In this document: positions 19,091-28,654 of the stretch, one piece after another
Layout of the letters: each line of letters begins with the position of its first letter
Numbering within the stretch: the stretch's first letter is position 1
Source of the DNA: a virus
Virus record (IMG/VR): IMGVR_UViG_3300017783_000010
Coordinates: 5,724-69,723 of that record
Reading direction: 5' to 3' (one strand)
Length of the DNA stretch: 64,000 nucleotides
Notes under the pieces: model-generated
Databases searched by the model: none
What the model was told of the DNA's origin: nothing
What the model saw: only the letters and a program-made list of their open reading frames with translations
Translations under genes and position numbers: made by a program

Positions 19091-20038
19091 ATGAAAGTAT
19101 TAGTTTTTTCTGACCTTCATGTGAATAAATATAAAAGATTTAGTGATGGGGACAGTAGATTAGATGACTGTTTGAATATACTTAAACAAGTATATAAAAC
19201 AGCTAATGATCATCAAATTGAAAATATATTATTTTGCGGAGATTTTTTTGATACTCAGTACTCTATTAATACTAGGGTATTGACTAAAACTCTGGAAGTA
19301 ATGCAAAAAATGTCGGAGAAATACCCTGAAATTTATATGTTCGGTATTACTGGCAACCATGACCTTGCTACAAGAGAGGGAGATAAATATAGTTCTGCGA
19401 TAAGTATGTTTGATACAATAACCAGTATCAATTTCTTGTCTTTAGATTATAAAGCCGCAAGACTAGGAAAGGATGTTAGAGTAATAGGTATCCCATACAA
19501 AAATTCAGAAATAGAATTTAGTAACGAACTAGATGAGATCGTAAGAAATGAGGATGTATCAGATGCAATTTTATTAGTACATCAAACACCTAAAAAATTC
19601 CATTATACAGGTGAATGCGATGAAAAAGACCCAAGGCTTGATCCCTTTATTAAAGTATTTTCTGGACATATACATGATAGGGATAACTACAACTATAACT
19701 TTACGATGGTAGGCAATCCTTTGCATAGAGATTTATCAGACGCAGGGGTAGAAAAAGGATGCTTAATCTTTGATACAGACACTAAAGTAATAGATTTTAT
19801 ATCTTTTGAGGATTTTTATCCTTCTTTTGTAAAAGTTGAGCAAGGGCAAGAGGATAATTCTTCTGCAAGAGATTTTGTAGTTACCGTAACATCGAATATA
19901 GAGAATGAAAAATTCGATGAAGGGTTAAGTTACTCTGATACGTCTAACCTACAAAATCTGGTGGTACAGTATGTAGAAAATGAGTTACATAGAGATGACT
20001 CAGATTTAGTAATTAAAATCGGAAAAGAATGTATATAA
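19091..20038 (+). CDS. SbcD/Mre11-like metallophosphoesterase nuclease
   Basis: FSDLH, CGDFF, GNHD, SGHIH; adjacent to SbcC-like gene. Confidence 0.9.
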   Translation: MKVLVFSDLHVNKYKRFSDGDSRLDDCLNILKQVYKTANDHQIENILFCGDFFDTQYSINTRVLTKTLEVMQKMSEKYPEIYMFGITGNHDLATREGDKYSSAISMFDTITSINFLSLDYKAARLGKDVRVIGIPYKNSEIEFSNELDEIVRNEDVSDAILLVHQTPKKFHYTGECDEKDPRLDPFIKVFSGHIHDRDNYNYNFTMVGNPLHRDLSDAGVEKGCLIFDTDTKVIDFISFEDFYPSFVKVEQGQEDNSSARDFVVTVTSNIENEKFDEGLSYSDTSNLQNLVVQYVENELHRDDSDLVIKIGKECI

Positions 20039-21795
20039 AATTTAAGGAGTTAGAACTTCTAAACTTTAGGAGTTTTAAAGGTACACACAATTTTACCTTT
20101 TCTGATAAGGGGATTACAATAATAAATGGTAGTAATGGCTCAGGTAAATCCTCATTGATAGAGGCGATGTATTGGACTCTTACTGGTAAATTAGTTAAAC
20201 AAGGGAAGATAGATAGTGCTATATCAGAAGGCTGTAAAAATATGGCTACTTCTTTGGTAATTTCTAAGGGGAAAGAGGATGTTCGTATTGTTAGGTCTTA
20301 TGGCTCTAAAAAGTCTTTGCAAGTATATATAAATGAAGTTGCATCTACACATCTACATAAGAAAGATATACAAGAAAGTATTTATTCATTATTGAATATT
20401 ACCGAAAATAGTATATCAAATACTTTATTCTTTAACCAGAACAGTAAAAGATTATTAGATGCTTCACAAACGGAAAGAAAAAATGTATTAAGTGAGTTGT
20501 TTAACTTGCAATTACTTGAGGCAGCTAAAGATAAGGCTAGATTAAGGTTAAAGGAGTATCAAAAAGCTTTAACAGAGAATGAATATATTATATCTTCTGT
20601 TAAAGCCAAACTGACCTCTGCTAAAAGTAATCTTATCACTACTAATAGCCATAATGAACGTATATTAAGTCAGAAGGAAGGTAGAATTAACGACGCTAGA
20701 AAAGAACTTAATGAATTTGAGTTCGGATTAACTTCTATAGTTGCTCCTGAAATGCCTAGTAAGGTTACTACTCCAACTTTACATGATAGTAGTACTCTTA
20801 TAGCTACTTATAAAGATGATATTGCCTCTATAAAGGCTGAGATTAGATATGATAAAACTAATTTAGATAGGAAGCAGCAAGAATTAAAATCTAGCGATTC
20901 TATTCAAGTATGTAATATTTGCTGTGAGCAGATTAGTAATCAGGCTACTATTGATATTATACGTAATGAGATAAGTACATTAGAGCTAAAAGTACAAAAC
21001 AATATAGATAATCTTAAGTCTAAGGAGTTAGAACTAACTAAAGCTTCTAACAAGCAGGAAGAGTACGATAAACAGCACTCCGAGTATCAATCTTATCTTA
21101 TACGATTAGACAGATATAATGATAAGTTAGATGTATATTCGGATAGAATAGCTAATCAAGAGGCTAGAAGAAAAAACTTACAAGATAGGATAGAAAAGAT
21201 TAAGCAAGAGGATACTTTATTGTTAGATACTATCAAAATCAAGAATGCTGTTTTTGATTTAGGAAAGACGCTAGAGAATTTAGATAAAAAACATAAAGAG
21301 ATACAGTCTAATCTTGAGGCCTCTGAATTTTGGGTAAAAAAAGGATTTACTGGTAATGGCTTACTTGCTTACATTTTAAAAAGTAAAGTTAATGAGTTAA
21401 ATACTATAATTTCTTCCTACTCATACATTTTAGATATTCATGTTAGATTCGAGGTTATAACAGAGGGTAAAACAAAACAGATACAGACGATTACGACTAT
21501 CAATGATATTGATAGAGAGTATGAATGGTTATCTGGGGGAGAAAAAGCTAGAGCTAACTTACTAGTGTCACTAGCATTAAGCAAGCTTCTTTCAGGCACT
21601 ATGAATGCTAATTTGTTAATATTTGATGAAGCATTCTCAGCTTTAGATGAAAAAGGATACGAGGGTATAATTACATTTATATCCGAAATAGCTAAAGATA
21701 AGGAGGTAATTATTATTACTCACAACCTAGACATTGCAGAAGGTCGTAAAGTTCTAATTGAAAAAATTAATAATAAATCAAAAATAAGTAGATAA
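20029..21795 (+). CDS. SbcC/Rad50-like SMC ATPase
   Basis: GSNGSGKS, coiled coil with CNIC hook, LSGGE, FDE, ITH. Confidence 0.92.
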   Translation: MYIKFKELELLNFRSFKGTHNFTFSDKGITIINGSNGSGKSSLIEAMYWTLTGKLVKQGKIDSAISEGCKNMATSLVISKGKEDVRIVRSYGSKKSLQVYINEVASTHLHKKDIQESIYSLLNITENSISNTLFFNQNSKRLLDASQTERKNVLSELFNLQLLEAAKDKARLRLKEYQKALTENEYIISSVKAKLTSAKSNLITTNSHNERILSQKEGRINDARKELNEFEFGLTSIVAPEMPSKVTTPTLHDSSTLIATYKDDIASIKAEIRYDKTNLDRKQQELKSSDSIQVCNICCEQISNQATIDIIRNEISTLELKVQNNIDNLKSKELELTKASNKQEEYDKQHSEYQSYLIRLDRYNDKLDVYSDRIANQEARRKNLQDRIEKIKQEDTLLLDTIKIKNAVFDLGKTLENLDKKHKEIQSNLEASEFWVKKGFTGNGLLAYILKSKVNELNTIISSYSYILDIHVRFEVITEGKTKQIQTITTINDIDREYEWLSGGEKARANLLVSLALSKLLSGTMNANLLIFDEAFSALDEKGYEGIITFISEIAKDKEVIIITHNLDIAEGRKVLIEKINNKSKISR

Positions 21796-23198
21796 TGAGG
21801 TCATATATTAGATTAGAAAAGGGAAAAGAAAAAGAACAGAATCACATAACTATGACGGAAATATCTTACGAGGATGAAAGATATTCCATATTATTCCTAT
21901 CAAATGAGGGTGTAATAGATAATATGCTAAACAATATTGCAGGCAGCTTAGAAAAACAAGAAAATAGGATTGGCGAATCTTACATATTCGATACAATCAT
22001 ACATGAGTATGAGTCATCCTCTCTAAGAGATTTTTCAACCGAATTTACAAAGTCACTAACCCAGTTTGGTTCAGCATTAAGGTGGGGTCTATTTATTGTG
22101 GATGAGCTATTAGATACTGTAACGGTTGTCCTAGATGAGTTAGGAACAATACCTGTTTACTACCGATTATCTGCAGAAAAAATCGAACTGACAACTAGAC
22201 TATTTTTTCAAAAAGGTGTAGAGTGGTCACATGATGGAGTTACCCAGATAATCGGTAATAATATGTCAAGCGATTACTCATTATTATCGGACTGGTATCC
22301 CCTAAAGGCTAATTCTTGCTACAAGTTTACATTAGGTAATGATAGCATTGAGTCAGTTCAAAACTTAAATATTAGTAAATTAGGTATACCAGTTCTGCCT
22401 CATATAGCTGAGGAATTTAACTTTAAAACGAGTTACGACTCGTATGATAATGTGATACAGACTTTTAAGTATATATTTAGTAAAACCGTAGAATCTTTAC
22501 CTAATAACTGCGCTTATTTAGCGCAAGGATCGCCTCTTGATGCTCTTATTATTGAAGAGATGTTCTCCAGAGGGATTAAATTTAAAGTATTCTACATAAA
22601 TGGATTATCTGATACTTATGTAGAATATTTTAAATCGTTTCATGGTCTTAAAACGTGTGATGCGACTGAACTAAAAGTAGATATTGAAGATACAAAATTC
22701 AATGAAATACTATGTAGCTTTGATTATTCTGATTATTTCGTAACAAACGCTATATCACAAATTAAAAAAGATGGTTTTGATGAGGTATTTGGTTGCTTTG
22801 CCGCAAGTTATTTCTTACATGACTGGAAAGGAGGAGAATCAGATATTGCGACACACGCACTAGAAGAATTTATAACGATGAAACAAGATTACCGATCCAG
22901 AATTGGTAAACTTATTGCCGATATATCATTTGTGGCTAAGATTGAAGTCAATGACTTACTAACTAGTGATCTAGTAACTAGCGTGATGCATGGATTCTCG
23001 ATAGCTAGTATGATAGCAGAACTTTCAAACTCAAATATTGATGACTTCGCTAAGTTTCTTAGAAATCTTTATTTCTCATATGGCATTAAGAAAGAAATAA
23101 TCAATGAAACACCTACCTTTTTGTTTACCCCACTTGGAGGCAGTTCAATAGAGCAAAAAGAGGCTTTAGCTGAAAAAATTATTTCTTCTTTACTGTAA
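21795..23198 (+). CDS. Divergent asparagine synthetase/Ntn amidotransferase-like protein
   Basis: DELGTIPVYY resembles the DxxGxKPLYY motif; catalytic motifs appear degenerate. Confidence 0.4.
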   Translation: MRSYIRLEKGKEKEQNHITMTEISYEDERYSILFLSNEGVIDNMLNNIAGSLEKQENRIGESYIFDTIIHEYESSSLRDFSTEFTKSLTQFGSALRWGLFIVDELLDTVTVVLDELGTIPVYYRLSAEKIELTTRLFFQKGVEWSHDGVTQIIGNNMSSDYSLLSDWYPLKANSCYKFTLGNDSIESVQNLNISKLGIPVLPHIAEEFNFKTSYDSYDNVIQTFKYIFSKTVESLPNNCAYLAQGSPLDALIIEEMFSRGIKFKVFYINGLSDTYVEYFKSFHGLKTCDATELKVDIEDTKFNEILCSFDYSDYFVTNAISQIKKDGFDEVFGCFAASYFLHDWKGGESDIATHALEEFITMKQDYRSRIGKLIADISFVAKIEVNDLLTSDLVTSVMHGFSIASMIAELSNSNIDDFAKFLRNLYFSYGIKKEIINETPTFLFTPLGGSSIEQKEALAEKIISSLL

Positions 23199-23283
23199 GT
23201 TAATAAAATATTTTTTAAGATTTGCTTGCAATTGCGAGCAAATCTTTTTAAATTGCAGTCATTATCTAATTAAACTAAATATT

Positions 23284-23661
23284 ATGTCATTATCAGAAGC
23301 ACCAACTACACTCTTAGGAAAAACAGTTCGCTCTATCAGAGAACTAAGTGATGGCTGTATTTCCCTAGAATTTACTGATGGCTCTACTTTTTGGCTAAAT
23401 AGCTCGACAACATTAGCTCCAATAGTTGACTGTAGCAACGATAACTTATTAGGAAACGTTATTGTTGGTATAAAATTTGAATCAACTATTAAATTAGATG
23501 AATCTTTTTATACTTGCAGTATAGAAGTATATAATGATGAAACGTCCTCATACCAGATGTTTTCGATCTGGCTAAAAGGATTAAGCGGTAAGAAAGAGGA
23601 GATGCGAAGAAACTTAAAAACAAATCCACTTCATTTTGTGAATGCAGATTTACCATTTTAA
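23284..23661 (+). CDS. Hypothetical protein
   Basis: 125-aa ORF after the repeated promoter module. Confidence 0.6.
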   Translation: MSLSEAPTTLLGKTVRSIRELSDGCISLEFTDGSTFWLNSSTTLAPIVDCSNDNLLGNVIVGIKFESTIKLDESFYTCSIEVYNDETSSYQMFSIWLKGLSGKKEEMRRNLKTNPLHFVNADLPF

Positions 23662-23663
23662 TT

Positions 23664-23903
23664 ATGAACACGATTATTATAATATTGCTCCTACTTGCAT
23701 TAGTAGGGCATTACAAAATAAATAAAATGAAAGAAGTTATTAAGTTTTTAACCATAGCAGTCATGTATTTTTTAATATTTGCATACGATATAGAGTATCA
23801 TAGGGATGTATATACATGGCTATGGCTCTTAAACAGTATTATATTTATACTATTTGGTGCGATATCTTATACTAATTATAAAAAAAAATTAAATAAAATA
23901 TGA
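23664..23903 (+). CDS. Small membrane protein
   Basis: Hydrophobic 79-aa ORF overlapping the thyA start. Confidence 0.5.
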   Translation: MNTIIIILLLLALVGHYKINKMKEVIKFLTIAVMYFLIFAYDIEYHRDVYTWLWLLNSIIFILFGAISYTNYKKKLNKI

Positions 23904-24685
23904 AACAATATCACGATCTGTTAGAAAAACTTGTTCATTCAAGTACAAACAAGGATGACCGAACAGGAACAGGAACATTGAGCGTATTCGGTCATCAAAT
24001 GCGTTTCGACTTGAGTCAAGGGTTCCCGTTAGTGACTACAAAGAAGGTACATTTTAAATCCATTGTACATGAACTTCTGTGGTTCTTAAAAGGGGATACC
24101 AATATTAAATACCTACAAGAAAATGGTGTACGTATTTGGAATGAATGGGCAGATGAAAATGGTAGTATTGGTAAGGGGTATGGCTATCAATGGAGAAACT
24201 GGAATGGAAGCGGTATTGACCAAATTGCAAAAGCAGTAGAGACTATAAAGAATAATCCAGATTCTCGTCGTATTATTGTATCTGCATGGAATGTAGAGCA
24301 GCTAGACGAGATGCAACTACCTCCTTGTCATGCGTTCTTCCAATTTTATGTAGCCGAGGGTAAATTATCATGTCAATTGTATCAGCGTTCGGCTGATGTA
24401 TTTCTTGGTGTACCTTTTAATATTGCTTCTTATTCACTACTAACGATGATGATGGCACAGGTTTGTGATCTGGAAGCAGGAGAATTTGCACACACTCTTG
24501 GTGATGCACACTTATACAAGAATCATTTGGAGCAAGCAAAGCTTCAATTGTCTCGTTCACCAAGGTCTTTACCCTCAATAAAAATCAATCCTCATGTGGA
24601 CGATATATTTTCTTTCCAATTTGATGACTTTGAGTTGATAGATTATAATCCTTATTCACATATCAAAGCAAAAGTAGCTGTATAA
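23900..24685 (+). CDS. thyA: Thymidylate synthase
   Basis: [41 protein letters not shown]. Confidence 0.98.
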   Translation: MKQYHDLLEKLVHSSTNKDDRTGTGTLSVFGHQMRFDLSQGFPLVTTKKVHFKSIVHELLWFLKGDTNIKYLQENGVRIWNEWADENGSIGKGYGYQWRNWNGSGIDQIAKAVETIKNNPDSRRIIVSAWNVEQLDEMQLPPCHAFFQFYVAEGKLSCQLYQRSADVFLGVPFNIASYSLLTMMMAQVCDLEAGEFAHTLGDAHLYKNHLEQAKLQLSRSPRSLPSIKINPHVDDIFSFQFDDFELIDYNPYSHIKAKVAV

Positions 24686-24788
24686 TGAAAGACAACTTTT
24701 TTAAAGCATTAGGAACAGCTTTGTTTCTTATGTTAATAACATTAATATTTATTTTATCAATAATATTAACACTAGTATTAATATACAT

Positions 24789-25724
24789 ATGAAATATTCA
24801 ACATACTTTTTTGATTCGCTAGGATGGATGCGAATGAACAGATGGCCAGAGGAATATAAAAATTTTCAAGAAAATAAAGAAGAGATTCTTTATAATCCTG
24901 ACTTGGCTTGGCAAGACTGTAATGCAGGCGATTCTCTTTACAGAACTTGCATCTATCTAGCACTAATCGGTAATACATCTCAAGCAGATAGGTTTATTAC
25001 AGACTATTTAGAGGATATGATAAACTCAGGAGAGTATTACAGGCATCCTACCGATTCTAAAAAGCATATCTCAAGAGATCAAATTATTGCTCTTTGCTTT
25101 TTCTTGTATAGATTCAATAAAAAAGAATTAATTAAAAAGATTGCAAGACAGCACAGATTTAGATTTACACTTAAATCTAAGTACGGAACAGGCGCATATC
25201 AAAGCCTTGATTTCTATCTGTTTTTGCAAGCAATTGCGGGCAACTGGATAGCTCGATGTCTATATATGATGCTCGATGGCTTAATATTCCCTTGCATGAT
25301 GGCTTGGAATGTCATAGTAAGAGGTATATTCAGAATGAAGTTTAGACCCTTAGAGCAAGCATTATCCTACATCCCATCACAAAAAGAACGTAATGGGGGT
25401 AAACTACTGTATCCAAAATATGCGCTATTCCTTAATAGCTTGCAGCATTATATGCTATTCGGTAAATCCTCGATGTATGGCAAACTAAAAAGAAAGCTGA
25501 TTCATAATTCAAATGTATATTGTAGATCGTTAGTATATTACGATGGGTCGCCTACCTTGCATGATGTATTTACAACGCATACAGAAATAGAAGGCGGTGT
25601 ACATCTAAGATACCTAGAGGGATCGCAAAGACTAAAAAAGCTGAAAAAAGCTGCATTAGAAAATCAGCTTCAATACTCATTAACAGTAAATCTAGGAATT
25701 TTATTGCTTCTGACAAAAGATTAA
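24789..25724 (+). CDS. Hypothetical protein
   Basis: 311-aa ORF; no recognised family. Confidence 0.65.
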   Translation: MKYSTYFFDSLGWMRMNRWPEEYKNFQENKEEILYNPDLAWQDCNAGDSLYRTCIYLALIGNTSQADRFITDYLEDMINSGEYYRHPTDSKKHISRDQIIALCFFLYRFNKKELIKKIARQHRFRFTLKSKYGTGAYQSLDFYLFLQAIAGNWIARCLYMMLDGLIFPCMMAWNVIVRGIFRMKFRPLEQALSYIPSQKERNGGKLLYPKYALFLNSLQHYMLFGKSSMYGKLKRKLIHNSNVYCRSLVYYDGSPTLHDVFTTHTEIEGGVHLRYLEGSQRLKKLKKAALENQLQYSLTVNLGILLLLTKD

Positions 25725-25744
25725 AATATTTTTTAAAAAATAGG

Positions 25745-25880
25745 TTGGACGCAATCGCTTGCAATTCAATGAGTTGTAAGCGATTTTTTTATTTTATATA
25801 AAATTTATTATATTAATTACTTGCAGGGTATTGTTTATTGTCTTATATTGCAGACATATTATTTAATCAATCAAAAACTT
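25745..25880 (+). repeat. 136-bp terminator+promoter module, copy 1
   Basis: Nearly identical to 28655-28790 (2 differences) and similar to 29552-29684; aatcgcttgcaa...ttgtaagcgatt hairpin + T run, then ttgc...tatattgc promoter-like motif. Confidence 0.9.
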
Positions 25881-25882
25881 TT

Positions 25883-26089
25883 ATGGAAACTGCAAAAATA
25901 TCAATAAAAATCGGGGAAGAGCTAGAAGAAACAGGAATGGTAAATGTTTGGTGGTGGAAAGATGGAAGTGAGCCAAACCAAGAGTGGAAAACAAAAAGAC
26001 CGATATGGGAGTTTCTTGATTCAAAAAAAAACATTTATGCTGACAATAGGAGAAACAATTGTAATAAAGAAATTAAAACTAAAACGTAA
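25883..26089 (+). CDS. Hypothetical protein leading cassette array 2
   Basis: ATG at 25883 directly after the promoter module (track start 25838 is TTG inside the promoter). Confidence 0.55.
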   Translation: METAKISIKIGEELEETGMVNVWWWKDGSEPNQEWKTKRPIWEFLDSKKNIYADNRRNNCNKEIKTKT

Positions 26090-26197
26090 TTTCGAGTTTG
26101 TTCAGTAATGCAGCATAACGTTCAATGTATCGCACGTTTTAATGTGCTATACATAGTGTTAGGTTTTAGTAGAAATTATTAAAAATTATTAAAAATT

Positions 26198-26335
26198 ATG
26201 TATTACGCAGAAAAAATAATAAACGGGATATTACATTGTAAGCACACCCCTAACGGAAAGTGGAATATTAAATGTTACAGGGGTGATATTGATAAACCCG
26301 AAAAACAAACGGTGATACTTATTGATAAGTGGTAG
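26198..26335 (+). CDS. Cassette gene, 45-aa hypothetical (not in ORF track)
   Basis: Manual translation MYYAEKIINGILHCKHTPNGKWNIKCYRGDIDKPEKQTVILIDKW*. Confidence 0.55.
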   Translation: MYYAEKIINGILHCKHTPNGKWNIKCYRGDIDKPEKQTVILIDKW

Positions 26336-26449
26336 CTTGCGCATAACGCCTACGGCTATGAATTGAAGTCGTGTAACAAATGTTCGATTCAAAGAAATAA
26401 CCTTAACAAAGGCTTTTATTTATAGCCATTGTTAGCAAATTTTAAAATT

Positions 26450-26641
26450 ATGATTAAAGAAATTGAAACATTGATTGATGTAGAAGTAAGCATAAACAGA
26501 AGTATTTTAATCTACGAACTTCTTGGGTATTTTGGTGATAGACTTCCAGAAGATGTACAAACTGAAATGAGAGAACGGGCAGTAAAAGAATCCAAACAAG
26601 TTGATAAAATGACCAATAAGGTGGTTAAGCGGTTGCAATAA
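26450..26641 (+). CDS. Cassette gene, hypothetical
   Basis: ATG 26450; gttagcaa / ttgctaac ends. Confidence 0.6.
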   Translation: MIKEIETLIDVEVSINRSILIYELLGYFGDRLPEDVQTEMRERAVKESKQVDKMTNKVVKRLQ

Positions 26642-26748
26642 TTTTTATTGTTGCTAACGGTTTGGCTATGTGCTGAACGTAGAGTAACGGAGTTTTGCAT
26701 ATAGGTAATGTTATATGCTTTTTATTAACAGATTTAAAGTAAAATATT

Positions 26749-26931
26749 ATGAAAAGATTTAATTTAAAATACAACGTAGGAAAAGTAAAGTATTTAGTTT
26801 CTTACCATAATGGAGAAAAGAAACATAAAGATGGAAGCGACTTCTTTGATATTGCTTACTTTAAAAATAAAGTAAAACTAAATGCTTTTACGAATGAATT
26901 ACTAAAACAAGGGTACGTTAATTGCATATAA
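26749..26931 (+). CDS. Cassette gene, hypothetical
   Basis: 60 aa; gttatatgc / gcatataac ends. Confidence 0.65.
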   Translation: MKRFNLKYNVGKVKYLVSYHNGEKKHKDGSDFFDIAYFKNKVKLNAFTNELLKQGYVNCI

Positions 26932-27041
26932 CGGAATCGTATAAGATTTCGTGCGAGGTACGAGGATGAATTTTATACAGTGTTACCCATCTGTATTTTT
27001 AAAAATGGCAATTAGTGAGGAACGAACTAAAATTAAAGAGA

Positions 27042-27638
27042 ATGAGTAAGAAATATAATATTATTTATGCTGACCCAGCTTGGGAACAAAAAGCAGGTAG
27101 ACCATTAAGTGGTGGCTACAAAAAAGAAAATGGTGTGCAAGTATTTAACCCTAAAAGCGATAAATCTGCAGACTTACCTTATAGCACAATGAAGTTTGAG
27201 GATATAGTAAACTTACCTATTAAAAAACTAACTGATGATAACTGTCATTTGTATTTATGGGTTACTAATAAGTATTTAATGAAAGCTGAACAAGTTATTA
27301 AAGCTTGGGGTTTTAAATACTCTACTACTTTAGTTTGGTGTAAGAAACCAATAGGTAGTGGAATGGGGGGAACATTTAAAGTGTCTACAGAATATTTAAT
27401 ATTTGCTACTAAGGGTAAGGTTAATGAATTAGTAAGAGAAAAAGTAAATGGCACTTGGTTTGAAGAAAAAAGACAATATGTAAATGGTTATCCTTGCCAT
27501 TCTAAAAAACCAGATTTCTTTTATGAATTAATAGAGAAAGTATCTAAAGGTAAAAAACTTGAATTATTTTCAAGAAATGAGCGTAAAGATTGGGATGCTT
27601 GGGGAAATGAAATAGAAAATTCAATTACGATTGAGTAA
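27042..27638 (+). CDS. MT-A70 family adenine methyltransferase (cassette gene)
   Basis: KYNIIYADPAW, LYLWVT, WGFKY, HSKKP, LELFSR, WDAWGNE; ATG 27042 preferred over GTG 27015. Confidence 0.9.
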   Translation: MSKKYNIIYADPAWEQKAGRPLSGGYKKENGVQVFNPKSDKSADLPYSTMKFEDIVNLPIKKLTDDNCHLYLWVTNKYLMKAEQVIKAWGFKYSTTLVWCKKPIGSGMGGTFKVSTEYLIFATKGKVNELVREKVNGTWFEEKRQYVNGYPCHSKKPDFFYELIEKVSKGKKLELFSRNERKDWDAWGNEIENSITIE

Positions 27639-27789
27639 GCACGTATGAGTGGTTGCCATTTTTAAAAATACAGATGGGTAACGGTTTGAATAAGATTAGT
27701 AGCGCAACGCTACACACCTTAATGGTTGCACCTGCCCTATTTGCGCTATTAATTTTATTTGTTGTTATAGGGCGTTTTATACTTGAATT

Positions 27790-27993
27790 ATGAATATTAA
27801 TGAAGTTTTTAAAAAATACCCAAACGAAGAACCAAGCTATAATGGCGTTAACTATCTAACGCTAGTTGATGTAAATGGTAATATTAGTTATGCAATCACA
27901 TATTTTAATGATAACGCAGAATTTGAACCTAAATGGGGTAAGGTAGTAGCATTTGCAGACAAACAACCAAGTGATATTTTAAATGCCCTATAA
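27790..27993 (+). CDS. Cassette gene, hypothetical
   Basis: 67 aa; gttatagggc / gccctataac ends. Confidence 0.65.
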   Translation: MNINEVFKKYPNEEPSYNGVNYLTLVDVNGNISYAITYFNDNAEFEPKWGKVVAFADKQPSDILNAL

Positions 27994-28038
27994 CGTAATT
28001 GTATAACAAAAGTTACGTGAAAATAATTACTGTATTTA

Positions 28039-28069
28039 TTTGGTATGTATAAAATATTTACTATCTTTG
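28039..28069 (+). promoter_or_regulatory. Bacteroidota-type sigma70 promoter inside a cassette hairpin loop
   Basis: TTTG (28039-42), 19 nt, TATCTTTG (28062-69) matches -33 TTTG / -7 TAnnTTTG. Confidence 0.65.
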
Positions 28070-28096
28070 TTAAACAATAACTTAAAAACAGATATT

Positions 28097-28294
28097 ATGA
28101 GTACTACAGAAAAGACATTACAAGCCTTTACAAAAGAAGTAAACCCGCTAAATGAAAACTGCATCTGCATTTTTGAACAAAGAGCAGTTAGAAAGCATTT
28201 ACTATTCCAAATTGATAAAGCAAATTTTGAAAGCGATAACGAGTTTTTAAATGCAGTTGATTTTATACTAATTTCATTAAATAAGAACTTGTAA
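28097..28294 (+). CDS. Hypothetical protein inside hairpin loop
   Basis: ATG 28097 downstream of promoter; 65 aa. Confidence 0.6.
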   Translation: MSTTEKTLQAFTKEVNPLNENCICIFEQRAVRKHLLFQIDKANFESDNEFLNAVDFILISLNKNL

Positions 28295-28443
28295 TGGCGA
28301 CTAAAAAAGTAACAATTACAATCACAGACGAAATGCACCAAAAAGGAAACGACTTATCTGTTTTGGTGCTTGGGAATGAAAACTTTAGTGGCTTAATAAG
28401 CTATATGATTAATAAACTTCATAAAGAAACGAATAGCAAGTAA
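28294..28443 (+). CDS. Ribbon-helix-helix-like small DNA-binding protein (not in ORF track)
   Basis: MATKKVTITITDEMHQKGNDLSVLVLGNENFSGLISYMINKLHKETNSK*; alternating beta strand followed by two helices; TAATG coupling. Confidence 0.55.
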   Translation: MATKKVTITITDEMHQKGNDLSVLVLGNENFSGLISYMINKLHKETNSK

Positions 28444-28654
28444 TTTTTGTTATACGTTGTTATGTGCGCTTTTTGCGCTTGTAGTGGTGGTTTTAATGCA
28501 CTAGTCTAGTCTAGCGAAAATACGTTGGCAATGAGGATTGTGAAACGAACTGCAACAAACTTAAACCACCATTACACATAACATAGTATATCAGCTATAT
28601 GTCTGATATACTCTCCATTCATAAGCTATTATTTTTTTTTTTTTAAAAATTAGT

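Larger units (their letters stand above)
26113..28611 (+). mobile_element. Integron-like gene-cassette array 2; no integrase
   Basis: attC-like spacers at 26113-26164, 26341-26437, 26652-26716, 26926-26988, 27676-27770, 27988-28465; terminal site 28579-28611. Confidence 0.8.

Noticed and set aside
23900-24685. thyA as a novelty
   Set aside because: Canonical, intron-free thymidylate synthase, common in phages
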